Shown here piece after piece: positions 25,092 to 39,297 of a stretch of 64,000 bases of DNA. Where the stretch lies: positions 1,302,001 through 1,366,000 of the forward strand of contig CM022670.1 of assembly GCA_012295275.1 (NCBI GenBank). The letters run 5' to 3'. The position numbers were made by a program, and so were the translations under genes. Source of the stretch: Chrysomallon squamiferum. Taxonomy: Eukaryota > Animalia > Mollusca. Below the pieces are notes generated by a model. That model had not been told where the DNA came from and did no database searches. It saw only the letters and a program-made list of their open reading frames with translations. Each line of letters begins with the position of its first letter. Position 1 is the stretch's first letter.

Positions 25092-25957
25092 CACGTTAGT
25101 ATGTAGGTACAAATAATTATTATTACATTAGCACATTTAAAAATTTCACTATCGTGGCCGTATCTATATTGAAGAAAAAGAGGCAGATGCCTCATACTAG
25201 ATTTGACGATTTTTAAAATAAATAAATAAATAAAATAATAATAATTAATACAAACATTTTATTTACAAAATACAAAAAGAAAATATATCCTCCGATAGAA
25301 ACAATATACTCTGAATGAATTCGTTTTTGTCTACGGTTACCATTTGAAGTCTACCGACATCTAACTGACTTCAAAGACATCAGTTTTTGCCTCATTTCAA
25401 AACGAGTCTAGTTACGGCCATGTTTTGAAATATAAGACTAATATTTGTCTTGTACATACTTGTAGTATAATTATTCATTTTATGAAAGTTACTTTGATTC
25501 ATTAAACATTTTTAGGTTTTCTTAAATATTCTATTATTTGAGATAAAGAATTAAAATAGACGAATAGACGAATTTCGTAACGTGACTGTCCAGCATGACA
25601 TTGATGACGTCATTTTATTATTCGGCAATCTTCGTTTAATTACTTCTGTCACCAAGACTATAGTATAGTAATATTTATATCTTCTAAACGAAAAAAAAAA
25701 AAAAAAAATAATAATAATAATAATAATAATAAATGAATAAATAAATAAATAAATGAATAAATCAAAAATAACAATAATATTATTAATAATAAAAGCAACA
25801 ACAAGAGAAATAATATAACAATTTTATTGTTATGACAGATTGTGTATAATTACATGAAAACGAGGTTCAACGAACTAAAATTTACATATAAAGTATTAAA
25901 ACAGTTAATTTAGAGAAACTTCTCATTCATTTTATTTATTCCTATTTTAATTTTTAG

Positions 25958-26019
<62 letters not shown>

Positions 26020-26386
26020 TTACATTCTTCTTCTTCTTTTTCTTCGTATCCACTAAACAGAAAGTAAATTAATTTTGGTGTAATAAGGACCACTTTTCAG
26101 CAGAAGTATATTTTTGATTGGCATGTGCTAAGGTGAAACTACTTCAAAGATTGTCGTGTACGTTTCCAATTAGATGAACAGTAAATTCTTACAAAGCTTG
26201 AACCTGTTTAACAAGTGCTAGCGGTGTACTAAGTGGATTATCAGTTCTGTTTTACACCATTTCGTTTTCAGTTTAACTGCAGTCTGGTTATTGATACAAC
26301 TTAAGACGGTAATTTACTTAGACAAGCAAATGAACCAGGGTCTTTTCATAATAAACCAGCAAGAAAACAAATCTCTCATTTGAGGC

Positions 26387-26417
<31 letters not shown>

Positions 26418-26429
26418 GCTGTTTTATTA

Positions 26430-26469
<40 letters not shown>

Positions 26470-26471
26470 TT

Positions 26472-26502
<31 letters not shown>

Positions 26503-27375
26503 GGTTCGATATTTTTTATAAATATTTTTTGTAAAAAAAGTAGGAATAATTACGAGTGTAATATTTTCTATTGCTTATATATATGAAGGTCCCTAATTGT
26601 AATTACAGATAGAAGAACTACGATAAACAGAATACTTCAAAATGTTAAACAATAATAAAAATTAAAATCTGTATTTACTTCAGTACAGTTTTATAATACA
26701 TTTTAAGACATCCATTATGTACGTAAAGAGTATGGGATCGTGACTGACGAATAAAATCGTTTTGAACAGTAGGTCGACAGCCAGAAATAAATATAAAAAG
26801 AGATCTTTGGCATGCACGATCTAATTTAGATAAATCCATTCTTTATGATTTACTGCCCAGTCTCTTTTATCTATATTAACATCCGCAAATTAACTATGCT
26901 GTACTTTTGATTTAGAATGTATGCGTGCATGCGTGCATGCGTGCGCGCGCTCATGTGTACAACAATAAAGAGTAACCAGTAAAGATACTTAATTAGGCAC
27001 TGGCAAGGGACGTAACTCGTTTTATGATTTGAAAATAGCTTCAAATGTAAATGAAATAAAATTAATAATAATAATAATAATAATAGAAAAAAAGAGTTAA
27101 AATTCAGATACGATAACAACGTTACCCTGGTAATTGTACAACGCTGAACAATAATACGTGCAATCTGTTTTGTTTCACGGTGCGCTGTTAATAAACAGTA
27201 ACGACCGCAAACAGGATTCTCATACAACAGTCTTCCGTATTTTCCGTAGTCACAGCCAAATTGTTTTTATTTAAAAATCGAAATGATAATTATAATAAAA
27301 TGGGGAAAACGTAATTAAAAGTAATTCATAATTTAACCAATAATAATAATTCACTTCAGCACTAATGCAAAAATC

Positions 27376-27414
<39 letters not shown>

Positions 27415-27495
27415 TCGTTAGTAATAAAATGCAATTCATTTTAACAATATTTACAAAGTCATGGGGACCTATTATCATCAATACACTGTTTACCA

Positions 27496-27590
27496 TTATT
27501 GATACAAACTCTAAAAGACTTTCCAAATGCAAGTGTTAAATCGTCTCCCTTGAGACTAGAGAGTTCCATCAACTAACTGAGAAATGTTTT
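27496..27590 (+). repeat. ~90-bp direct duplication (partner 29555-29646)
   Basis: CTAAAAGA.TTTCCAAATGCAAGTGTTAAAT.GTCTCCCTTGAGAC..GAGAGTTCCATCAACTAA.TGAGAAATGTTTTA is present at both sites. Confidence 0.9.
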
Positions 27591-27687
27591 ACTACTACTA
27601 CTACCACTACTACTACTACTACCACTACTATTACTACTACCACTACTACTACCATTTCTACTACTACTACTACTACTACTACTACTA

Positions 27688-27728
<41 letters not shown>

Positions 27729-28155
27729 CATTGTTGTTGCTGTTGCTGCATATCAAGATTACAATAATTTCAGCAGAATTCTTGAATCGGGTTTTGAGGA
27801 CAGGTTGTGGTGGACAGACAAAAAAATTATTTTTAATCGTAACATACATAATTATTATAATTGTAAACCTAACGTTCATCCCACACGTTATAATGGTTTA
27901 TTCTCAATGGACAGTGATAAACAAATATCTCACAGTCGTCGATGATGAGGAAATAAAGTAATTCCATTTCCGTGTGTGAGATTTCCTTTGTCAATCAAAG
28001 CAGACACAGCCGCGATGTGCAGTAAACGTATTAAAGAATGCAGCGTTTGTCTTACACCAACGCCGTTAGACGTTGAGGTCAAGGTCGAAATATCTGTGCA
28101 TAGATAGCAGCGTATGTACGTACGTGAGTATATCTTTGCCGGTGTGCGGGTGTCT

Positions 28156-28188
<33 letters not shown>

Positions 28189-29286
28189 CTGTAAATGATT
28201 CTGTAAATGTGTGCTTCTTATAATAATACATATTACGTATGTGAGATATATGGGAATAGGTAAGTCTGTGGGGTTTATCTGTCTGTCCATGCATTTGTTT
28301 GTATGTGTGTGACGTGTCACTGAGTTTGTGTACATGTTTATATATTTATTCGTGAATGTGTGGGAAGGTGTGAATTAAGGCGTGTTTTTGTACAAATAAG
28401 AACAACAACAAAAACAATAACAACAACAATAACGACAGTAACGACAGTAACAACAACAGTAACTACAGTAATGAAAACACCAATATGAAGATAATGATAA
28501 TGATCAACAACAACAACTGTTCTTATTAATGTTATTGTTATAATAACAGCAACGACATCTACAATAACAATAGCAATAGCTAGTAGTAGATTAGGATGAT
28601 GATTATAACAATTGCAAATAATAATAATAATAAGAAGAAGAAGATGAAGAAGAAGAAGAATCATAACAACAACAACAACAACAACAAAAACAAGCGAAAG
28701 CTGGTAAATGAATAAACACGCCCACTGTTTTCACAGTTTGCGAATTCTGTTATAATACAGTCACAGAAAGAACCGATAGCATTTCCGAAAACGAAGTTGA
28801 TTGATGGATGGTCGACCGACATTTTATATCTTCATTATTTACAACTTCTAGTGATGTCACGAACTTTGAGTAATTCCTGTCTTGAAAATTTAATTTCCTA
28901 GAAGTCATCAAATTCAAAGAAAACATGGAAAAGTAAGGGTTAAATCAACACTTTATTTACGACGAGTTTAATCGATAAGTGAAGAACGGTTAGTTTTAAG
29001 AATGATTTTTTAAACATTTTAAATTATAAAATAAAAAAAACGATTTTAGAAAATGAGGAATGCGTATGCGAAAATAAAGATTTTTTTTTTGTTTTCTATT
29101 TTAATTCTTTTTAGTTTGCTTGTTGTGTTTTGATATATTTTTCCATATTTTCTTCTTTCTTTTTAAAGACGAATAGAAAATATGATAAACACATTTTTTT
29201 TTCTTTAAAAGAAAAGTAATTGGTTACTGTTTGAATGATTGCAAAAAAAACTAATAAAAAAAACAAAAAAAAAAAAAAAAAACAAC

Positions 29287-29409
<123 letters not shown>

Positions 29410-30088
29410 ATTTAATTAACATTGGAAATACGTTCGATAGTTACTGCAGCATACCTCAAAAAACAATTAACTCATAAAAAAGAAGAAAAAAAAGTAAAAC
29501 AGAAAATGTACTTTATATCTGAGATGTTTAAAAATCGTTTCCACCAAATTTAATATTATTGATATTCTAAAAGAGTTTCCAAATGCAAGTGTTAAATTGT
29601 CTCCCTTGAGACCGGAGAGTTCCATCAACTAATTGAGAAATGTTTTAACTGCTCACAGCCGAGTCTTTCATAGCAGAGACCAAAAAAAAAAAGCCACAGT
29701 CAGAATTTATATATTTTATTTTTATTGCTGTTTTCCAGGCTCATTTTAAAACTGAAGCCAGCGAATTCTTTCAGTTAACGAGATAGTTTAATACATTTCG
29801 TAATATGCAAAATCATTTTTCGATAAGCTTGTTGTTACTGATAATCAGACAGAGTCATTTAAGATCCTCGATCAAGTTTGTCCTTCACAGAACCTGTCAG
29901 TTTATTCAAGTTGTGCAACAACACGACCACCTACCGAAGAATGACACTGAAGAATTTCACTAGATTAAAGTGATAGGTTTATTCTTCTTTGTTGTTGTTG
30001 TTGTTTTAAAAAATATATATATATGTGTATGTATGTATGTATATGTAAATATATATATATATATATATATATATAGATAGATAGATAT

Positions 30089-30131
<43 letters not shown>

Positions 30132-31021
30132 TATTCAACATACAGCTATTTTGTTCATCTTATTAGAATATCAAAGGAATCTACGATAGGTGAAATATTC
30201 ATGATTCAAAAATACGTTTTCTTATTTCGTTGACTTCTATTTTAAAAAGTTATATAACCTTTTGTTGACTTCTTTACAGAGGACCAGCCACACAGCTAAT
30301 AAACATTTCACATGTTCATTCCTATTTTTGGAGTTTGGCTTTACTTACAGACGTAGCGAGCAAAAATACAAAATCAATAAAAACTAAAACCAAATGAACT
30401 GAAAATAACAGTTCGATGAAATAATCATACCAGAAGCTCTGATGTTTTAATTAAAACACCATCAGTTAATACATGTCTTCTTTGACTGAATTTGATCATG
30501 GTTCTTTGATGATCTCAAACCATGTTATATCCTGCTATGATAAAAAAAAAACAAAAACAAAAAAAATCGATACAAAAAGAAAGAAAATCCCATTCACTGC
30601 GTATTTATCGGTTTCATCTTGGTCAGATACGTTGTACGATTTTCTCTGATTAGAATTTAGGAAATGGAGGCGATAATTTGTTTGACGTTCTGGAACATGT
30701 AACTATCAAACAGACTACAACTTCTGATTAGCGACGTTAACCAGGACAGTCTAGTGCAAAGCATTAATCAGCGTCTCGTTAATTATTTCTTACCTTCATT
30801 AAATTTTAATATCATCTGATAGTGCTATGGATATTGCTTAATAAAATACGAATAAAATATACATATGTACGTACGTACGTACTTACATACACATACATAC
30901 ATACATACAAACGTACGTTCATACATATATACATATATACATACATACATACATATACATACATACTCACATCATACACATAAACACAAATACAAACTTA
31001 TATATATATATACACACACAC

Positions 31022-31075
<54 letters not shown>

Positions 31076-32152
31076 GTATCCATACACACATTATACATAC
31101 TTAGTGTACTGACAAGGAAACGTTCGAACTTTGAACATTACGAAAGTATAATAACTCGCTTTACAGATTCGATCCAGGAAGCAGTTACCATGTTCTGGTA
31201 CGTCACGAAAACAGTTCTAAACGACAGCGTGTCGTGACAGCTTTGTTATTTATTGTGCTTTGTTCATTAAACATGCCTCGTGAGCTTTTCATTAATTCGA
31301 AGCGATACAAATCGTGGCGTGACTGTCGTTGTTTTTCTAGTCGTCGTCTTTCATGTTTTAACGTATTGAACATGTTTCGTGTATCTTCATTAGTTCGCTC
31401 TCCAGAAGGAAATAAGTTACATCTATATTCATTACATTAATGTAGAATATAGATTTTTTTTCTTCTTCTTTCTTCGTCTTTATTTTTTTCCCTTCTTTCT
31501 TTTATTCTTTTGATATAATATAATTTTTATTATAGTATGATTTTATATATGCACGGAAATAATTACAAGCGTGTATTTGCATACGTACATATATATTAGT
31601 GCATACATATATACATACACACACACATACATATATTCATACATTAATACATACATTTATATATACACGTACGTACAAATGCATATATCAATGCATACAT
31701 ATCACACACAGAGATCTATATATACATGCATACATAAAATGTGTAGGTTTGGACGTGCATGTGAATGAGATTAGAGAATGAATGACTTTGTGATAATGAT
31801 CAGGCGATATCTAGAAAATTCTGTCAACAGATTCCAAACCATCAGATCTTCAGAATTGTGTGATTTCTTCGCGACCTCTCTCTCTGTCTAGCTAACATGA
31901 TTTTATCAAACTCTCAGAAGAAAATGTGTGTTCGTTCGTTGTCACTGTTTTGTGGGACAAGCTAATGACTAAATTGGGTTTCCTGCACCAATTACCACAG
32001 CCATTAGAACGTCTTCAGCGTTTACAGAACTGTTTGAAAATGATATGAGAAAGAAAGCCGTTCAAGAAAGTTTGGCAATTTTAAAACACTGACAGCATGT
32101 CCTATAAACAAAACCTGAGACACTGTACTGCAGTGAAATAATCACTGACTGT

Positions 32153-32397
32153 ATGACACGAGTTCAGCACAGTCTAATGACATCATGTCAGCACAGTCTA
32201 ATGACATCATGTCAGCACAGTCTAATGACATCATGTCAGCACAGTCTAATGACGTCATGTCAACATAGTCTAATGACATCGTGTCAGCACAGTCTAATGA
32301 CGTTATGTCAGCAGTCTAATGACGTCATGTCAGCACAGTCTAATGACATCATGTCAGCACAGTCTAATGACGTCATGTCACCAATGATGACTTCATG
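32153..32397. repeat. 24-bp minisatellite, about 10 units, CAGCACAGTCTAATGAC(A/G)TCATGT
   Basis: Directly visible; explains the QHSLMTSC repeat ORF; some units carry a perfect ATGACGTCAT palindrome. Confidence 0.95.
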
Positions 32398-33566
32398 TAA
32401 CTGGACATGAGATGAAACGTTCTGTCGTGACACAGCTGGATACGTTTACCAATAAGCATGAGTGGACATTTTTCTACTCACTTCACCACAGTCTGAAAAG
32501 CATTCAGCTTGGCTGTAGACGGAAATCTGTAAAACAGCACCAGCTCGAAAGGGAAGGAAGGTCAATAGGCGCACTGATTATTATTGATTTTTCAAATCCC
32601 TCACCCCTCGGGCCACATCTCTTCCAAAACCTGCTTTCTGACTCGAGAATAGCGAAAGCTTTTTAGTGCTGTTACGTTTAGAGAAATCTGTAACACAACA
32701 AAAAAAAATCTAGCTCTTGAAACTACGACGAAGAGAAATAAAACCATTTAAAACTGCATTAACTCCCACTACATTTAGCGAACGCCAGTTCGTGCACAGA
32801 AAACGATCCAGCGATCCCTGGCTCCTTGGGCAACCTCTCCCCCACAGCTAAAACACGAGAGTCAGTAGTTAAATTAAATAATCCCACATTTACACCCATT
32901 AAGTTTCGCGAACTTCAGTTCTGGAGAAGGCCGCCAGACGATCCATTCCCAAAACTCTTTAATCCGTTTAATGCGTTATTATATCACAACAGGGCTTCGC
33001 CCCCAAGTCCTATCTATCGATGTTTCGAAATTTCATGAGAATTCAACCGAGTGAAATGAATTTTGTTTATAAAATATGTTTTCTTCTCACACCATTATGA
33101 TGACACGTTTTTGATAGAGCAAATTTTAAAAATTGATTTCTTTTCTGAAGTGATACAAAAAAATATATGGAAGGAGAAAAAATATGTTTTTGTTTGGTGA
33201 CGTGAATACGCGTTTTGAGTTTGCACAATTTTTTTCTTTCTTTTCTGTTTTAAGAGTAAAAGAAAAAAGATAAAATAAACACTTGCAACAATGCTTGATT
33301 TCGATTAGTAAAAATGGTAGCAGTAAAATCAATAACACAAATGTACGGAATGCATTACAACTGCATCTGGAATGGAGTATCAAAAATTCCAGACTTCACT
33401 GTCGAACAAAATATCTTTCTAAAGACGAAATGAGTCGCATTCGTGGGAGATTTATTAAACGTTGCCGTCGTGGTTAAAAACAAAAACGTTAAAACATAAT
33501 CCTTTCACAACCCAAGTGATTGATTTTGAAATTTTTGGGACGTATTATATATCCGTGCGCATAAAA

Positions 33567-33683
<117 letters not shown>

Positions 33684-34014
33684 GGGCATCAAAATCGACA
33701 GCACACATTTTGATACATGGAGACTTCCTATCAATCAAGGAAGATAAACGAACTAAGTGTGAAAGAATAATTCTGATAAAAACATTAAAACGTCAACAAT
33801 AGAAAATAAATCACACACACAGCAGCTTGTAATGTAACACTGTCAGGATGTTAAGCAGTAAAACAATAACCTCGTACAGCCAGAATGATCTATGACAGTT
33901 TTAGAGACTATTCACCTCTAAATCCAAATCCAATTCCTAATAATTATTTTGCATTGTTTCGGTTTTCAAATATCGACCCTATTTCTGGATTTCAGACTCA
34001 CTCTAGAATAGTAT

Positions 34015-34870
34015 ATATATTATACCATATCTATACAGCACCTTTTCCACATTAATTAAATTCAAGGGTGCTTTACAGTATAAACTAAAATTTAAAAAGA
34101 CATGGACATAAACATATGAAAATAAATGTAAGCATAATGGTGAACAAGTTAAAATGGTGGTAAATATGGTATTAAAAATTGTTTAAAATAAGTTACAGGC
34201 TAGCTTGAACATTTTAAAATTGGAAAAAATAAAACATGGCTGTATATTAACAGAATGGATTTGAAAGACATGGGTCTTTAGTAGAGTTTTGAATGCAATT
34301 TTTATTTCAGCCTCCTTAGTGTTACTTGGAGTGAGTTGCACAAAGTCTGGACATGTGTAGTTGTTCTTGGTGTTACTAATATTAATGAATTACGTGATCG
34401 TAGAGTCCTATCCTTAACGTACTCTGGGAGTACGATGGTTCAAAGCGTTGTGTTTATGGACCAGGAGCCTGTACTGTATTCTACAGAGGACAGACAACCA
34501 GTGGAGCTCATTCAGTACTGGTGATATGTGACTGAGATGTGATGTGCTGGTTTTAATGCGTTCTGCTGTATTCTGGACTCTTTGCAGTTCACTGAGCAAC
34601 GTTACGCAAACCTTATAACAGTCCATTGCAGTAGTCCGGTCGTGACGTCACACGTCCATTCACCATTGTTTTTGTGTCATCACTGGTCAGATACTTTCTG
34701 ATTCTAACGATGTGAGCATCGCTTGACCGACATATTGCATTCACTTCAAGCTCCATACTCACTGTAGAATCAAATATAATAACAAGATTTCTCACGCGAG
34801 GTACCGGATTATGGAGGCATCACCCACAGTAACTGACACGATGTCAACGCCCTTTGAACAGCGCAAGTGT
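34015..34870 (-). mobile_element. 5'-truncated, decayed L2/CR1-group LINE (C-terminal ORF2 region and 3' tail)
   Basis: VRNLVIIFDS...RIRKYLT...TSRPDYCNGLL and LQRVQNTAER...HISPVLNELHWLSV..RIQYR match the conserved post-RT region of L2-type LINEs; frameshifted; 3' tail TGTAAAGCACC...AAAGGTGCTGTATAGAT with a stem, near 34030-34078. Confidence 0.9.
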
Positions 34871-35472
34871 AAACTTGTTAAAGTACTTGTACAGACGAAA
34901 AGGAAATATCATCCGATATATTTTCGTATCTCCCTCCAATCTGTGACATACGAAACGTATGAAACGTCAACAAGAAGGAAACAGGAGAGTTCGATGACTC
35001 CCGTCGTGGGTTAACTCCGCGGTGACATGCTATGTATGAATCAAGTCTTCTAAAACCCGCTCGTGTGTTCTCTGTCTCAGAGAAAACATGAAAGAAAGCA
35101 TTCTTATGATGTTGTTTATCTTTTTCTTTTTATCTTTGTTTGATTTATTAGTTTGTTTATAGTTTTATTTCATTTATTAATTTATTCACATTTTTTTTTT
35201 TTTTTTTTTTCCGTAATTTTTTTTTTTTTTTAAATGATTATAGCTCTCATATTCAGCTGTTAAATTTAATATTTAGAGATTTTCTTAGCATTTTTTTAGT
35301 TTCAGCTTCATCTTCGCCGTGTCTTACTATTACTGTCAATGTTCATCAATATTCCAGGTTTTTAAAAAAGACACAGAGACAAAGAAAGAGAAAGAGAAAG
35401 AAAGAATATAGAGAGGAAGATAAAAAAATGAAAAAAAGCAATAACACTAAAAACAAAAGCAACAATTAGAGT

Positions 35473-35548
<76 letters not shown>

Positions 35549-37491
35549 AACATATGGATAGGAAGAGGTCACAGAGAGATGAAGAAAATGAACAGAGATT
35601 TTGGTTCCACTGGTTTGTTCAGCACTTTGAGAACATCATGCAGGACCTGCTAGAGCTAACATTTCAAAAGAAATTCTGTAGATTTCCATAAACATTCCTG
35701 ATTCTTGAGTCCGACAATAACAAACTTAATGAAATGAGCGCCCTGCTTCATTAGATTAGGTTCGTTACTTGAAGCTGTATATCACTGGCTTTGTTCGACT
35801 ACTGCACACTTCAAGTTTTATTTCTGACCACGATTTATGTATATCTCTGATGGATTCTCGATTTTAATTTCCCTGCGAACAGTCTGTTTCTTCTCATCCT
35901 TTTTGTTCTCAAGACAAAAGCAAAGAAACGGCAGTTCAGAGAGGTTTTCCAAGATACAGATTAGACATAAGAATTAAAATATATATCTGACATTAAGGAA
36001 AAATATATTTCAGTCGAATCGAAAGAATCAATATTTTAATGTCAGATTTCTTTTGCCTTGTTAATACTTCTGTAAAAAAAAGGTTTCATAAGATAAATTT
36101 CATTGGTAAATATATTTTTGATGTCAAAGACTAACAAGAAGATCAATATGGCCTTATTAAGAGTATTAACTTCCACTTCAAACAATGAATAAAACACAGA
36201 GCAAACGATCTGTTTCGAACACAAAACATTTGATGCGATTTGATGTTCACGTTTCTGCCAAATTTGTTTTTGAAGAAACCTTAAACTAAACAATGAGGTA
36301 GTATTCAATTTTTTTTTTTGGAGCAACTGGATTTTTCTATTCCTGCCAAATCAAGACACCTTTAATCTTGAACATTAGGAAAATATAATTATGTGAACAA
36401 ATGGATTTCAAACACAACAGTTACCAAAGGTTACGTTTTTGTGATTAACGACATGTAGTTATTTTTACATATATGAAAAAGCTCACTTAATTACTATGAG
36501 AGCTAAGATTCGTGATATATATTTTGCAACATAAAAACCTTCACTTTGTAGAACTAGGCAGAATATTGGTTTATATATCTTTATTTGTCTGCAACTGTAA
36601 TGTAATAGATTATGCTTTGTCATATCGTAAATTATATATTTCTCAAGTGTGCCAATGTTGTCAATCAACATATATTAAATGGTAACCCAGGAATATATAT
36701 TTCGATCTTGTGATGTTGTTTACCAATAAAGAAAAAAGATGTATCAAACTAAAAACATATCTGTGAAATTGCATTACAAATTTCTATAGAAGTTATCTAG
36801 CAATCTCAATTACAACAATGGTTTAGATTTCATTTTATTAGTTTAAGATTATTAATGTCACTTGATACATGAAAAATGTTTTAGTCTCAGTATTTTTATT
36901 TCTGCAAGATACACCAGACACCATTTGGCTGAAACTCACAGCTCTGTAATAATTATGTGATACACACCCACATTATTCACACACACCCACACACACACAC
37001 ACACACACATTTATACATAAATGCACACATATCCAAACATGAATACATACATACATACATAAGCACGCCTGCATAATTAATTATGTATTTACATACATTA
37101 AAAAGTCGAACGAGAAAGAAACGTAAGTAATGTTTACGTTGTTAACACGATTTATTACGAATGAATATGATATTTATTTCTTGACGCGTTCTAGTTTTAT
37201 ACGAAGAAGATAATCCGCTAACGTTTTTTTATCTCGTCATAATGTCATTTTAATAGGTTTTTCTCATAAATATAAGATTTCTTCAGTCTGACAAAAAAAA
37301 AATTAAATATGTCTGTTAAATATTTATTATACATAACGCTGAAAGTTTTAAATACCAATTTCATTTTTATACATAAATTGTCAGTATGTGAGGGAATTCA
37401 CATACGATTGGAATAGGATTAGATGTGTTTCAGATAAAAAGACGTAGTTTGAATATATGTGTGTGTATGTCTGTGTGTGTGTGTGTGTATA

Positions 37492-37527
<36 letters not shown>

Positions 37528-39254
37528 TGTATGTATGTATGTATGTATGTGTACATGTATACATATACATCGTATCAAGGATTCCATGAGCAAAGTACTA
37601 GACTTTTCATTACAGAAAATCAAGAATTCCCCACAATTATTTGTACTGTTGTATCCGATTATTATTTTTCTTTCTCCTCCAAGCAGTTATAACAGATAAA
37701 TGAACGAATACGTAAGAAGCAAAGCAAGTGGTGTGTATATCAACAAAAGCAAAACGTAACATTATAACACTGGAATTTTACACGAGTTTCTGACATTAAA
37801 TACAAACAAACAGACTTGACTGTGGTACGGAGTTAATGAAGCAGATTTATGTATTTTCAGTTACACGTCAATGATTATACCAAGGTTGAAAAATGACAGT
37901 GAATGATAAATATCTTTATCTTTCAAATTAATCGTTAAAAAAAAAAAAAAATAAAAAAAAAAAAAGACCTCTTATGTTGTCGCAAATGTCGATCAGACAA
38001 CAAGCAGATCGTAAGGGAAGGAAAATAATGTTTTATTTCTTCACTGATTCGAAACTGTTAGGTTTATTCTGCGCTCTAAAACAGCTAGGACTTTTGCATT
38101 TGAGTTCCATTTACACCGCCAGATTTAAGGTTTTATTTCCAACCCCAACATCCCCGGTGTCTATCTATTTCAATGCTTGCAAAAAAAAAAAAAAAAAAAA
38201 AATGCATTTACCAAGTCTGTATATTTTCTTTTTGGCCATGCCAATTACTGGAAAGAAAATGAAAGAGTGATCTTGAACAGATTCGAACAAAGATAACTCG
38301 AAATTCAATTTATCTTCTTCCCCCATTACACAGATTTCTTAATTCAGTGTTTTAAAAAAGAAGAAATCAATTCACGTTTAAGGCTATCTTGACTGGTTCT
38401 GCAACACTTCTACGTACTGGTGGTTCAGATTTGAGATGTTAAACTTTCCTTTTGTTTCTTTATTACATTTTTATTTATTTTTTAATTTTATTATTTTTAG
38501 AAGATTACAAAGGCTATCTACCTTAAGAAGTTCTAAAGATATGTCTCCTTTGAAATATCTTGTTGGTTTTTTTAAAGATATTTTTACATCAGAGTCTTTG
38601 AAAAAAATAATAAAACGCTTCTTAACACGTCATCATAAAAGAGCCGCGATATTTTTTTTATTTTATATTTACTTTATTTCTTTACCTTCTCCGATGTTTG
38701 CGTTGTTGTTTGTTCACTGCAGATCAAAGAGCAAAGTGAAGCCACTAGACGCATTAGCACAAAGTCAAACTTGGTAGAATACCTTTGAAATTAATGGTTG
38801 GAACACACACGGATTATAACTTTTTTCTTCTGTAACTGCCTGCACGTCGTATGGACCCTGGATAAACTGACTGATGCGTGGACGGAATGATAAACAGAGA
38901 GACACTTAGACAGACAGACACCTTGAAAAAAACTACTCCGTCATGATGCACAAAACCTAGAGACAAAAATCTTACATTTAATCAGCGTTTTTACTTTTTA
39001 AAATAAATAATACGTGTTAAATTTAAAACCAGATAAAATTAGATCCGCTCATATTTTATCTACTTTTTACAATAAATAATACGTAATAAACTTAAAAATA
39101 GATCCGCTCATGCATTAACCGAATTTTTTGTTATTTACAAACATTTGAGGATTTTGCGTCTCGAATCAGATGTACGTCATGCAGTAACGTAAACGGTATC
39201 GGATAAAGAGTCGACGAAATCCGAAAACAGATTTTAAGAGAATTATTCTACGTT

Positions 39255-39297
<43 letters not shown>

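Noticed and set aside
32153-32410. QHSLMTSC repeat protein
   Set aside because: Product of a 24-bp minisatellite; frame shifts mid-array.
32412-33038. GC-richer stretch with short ORFs
   Set aside because: No coherent coding or splice pattern; probably a decayed repeat that I cannot classify.
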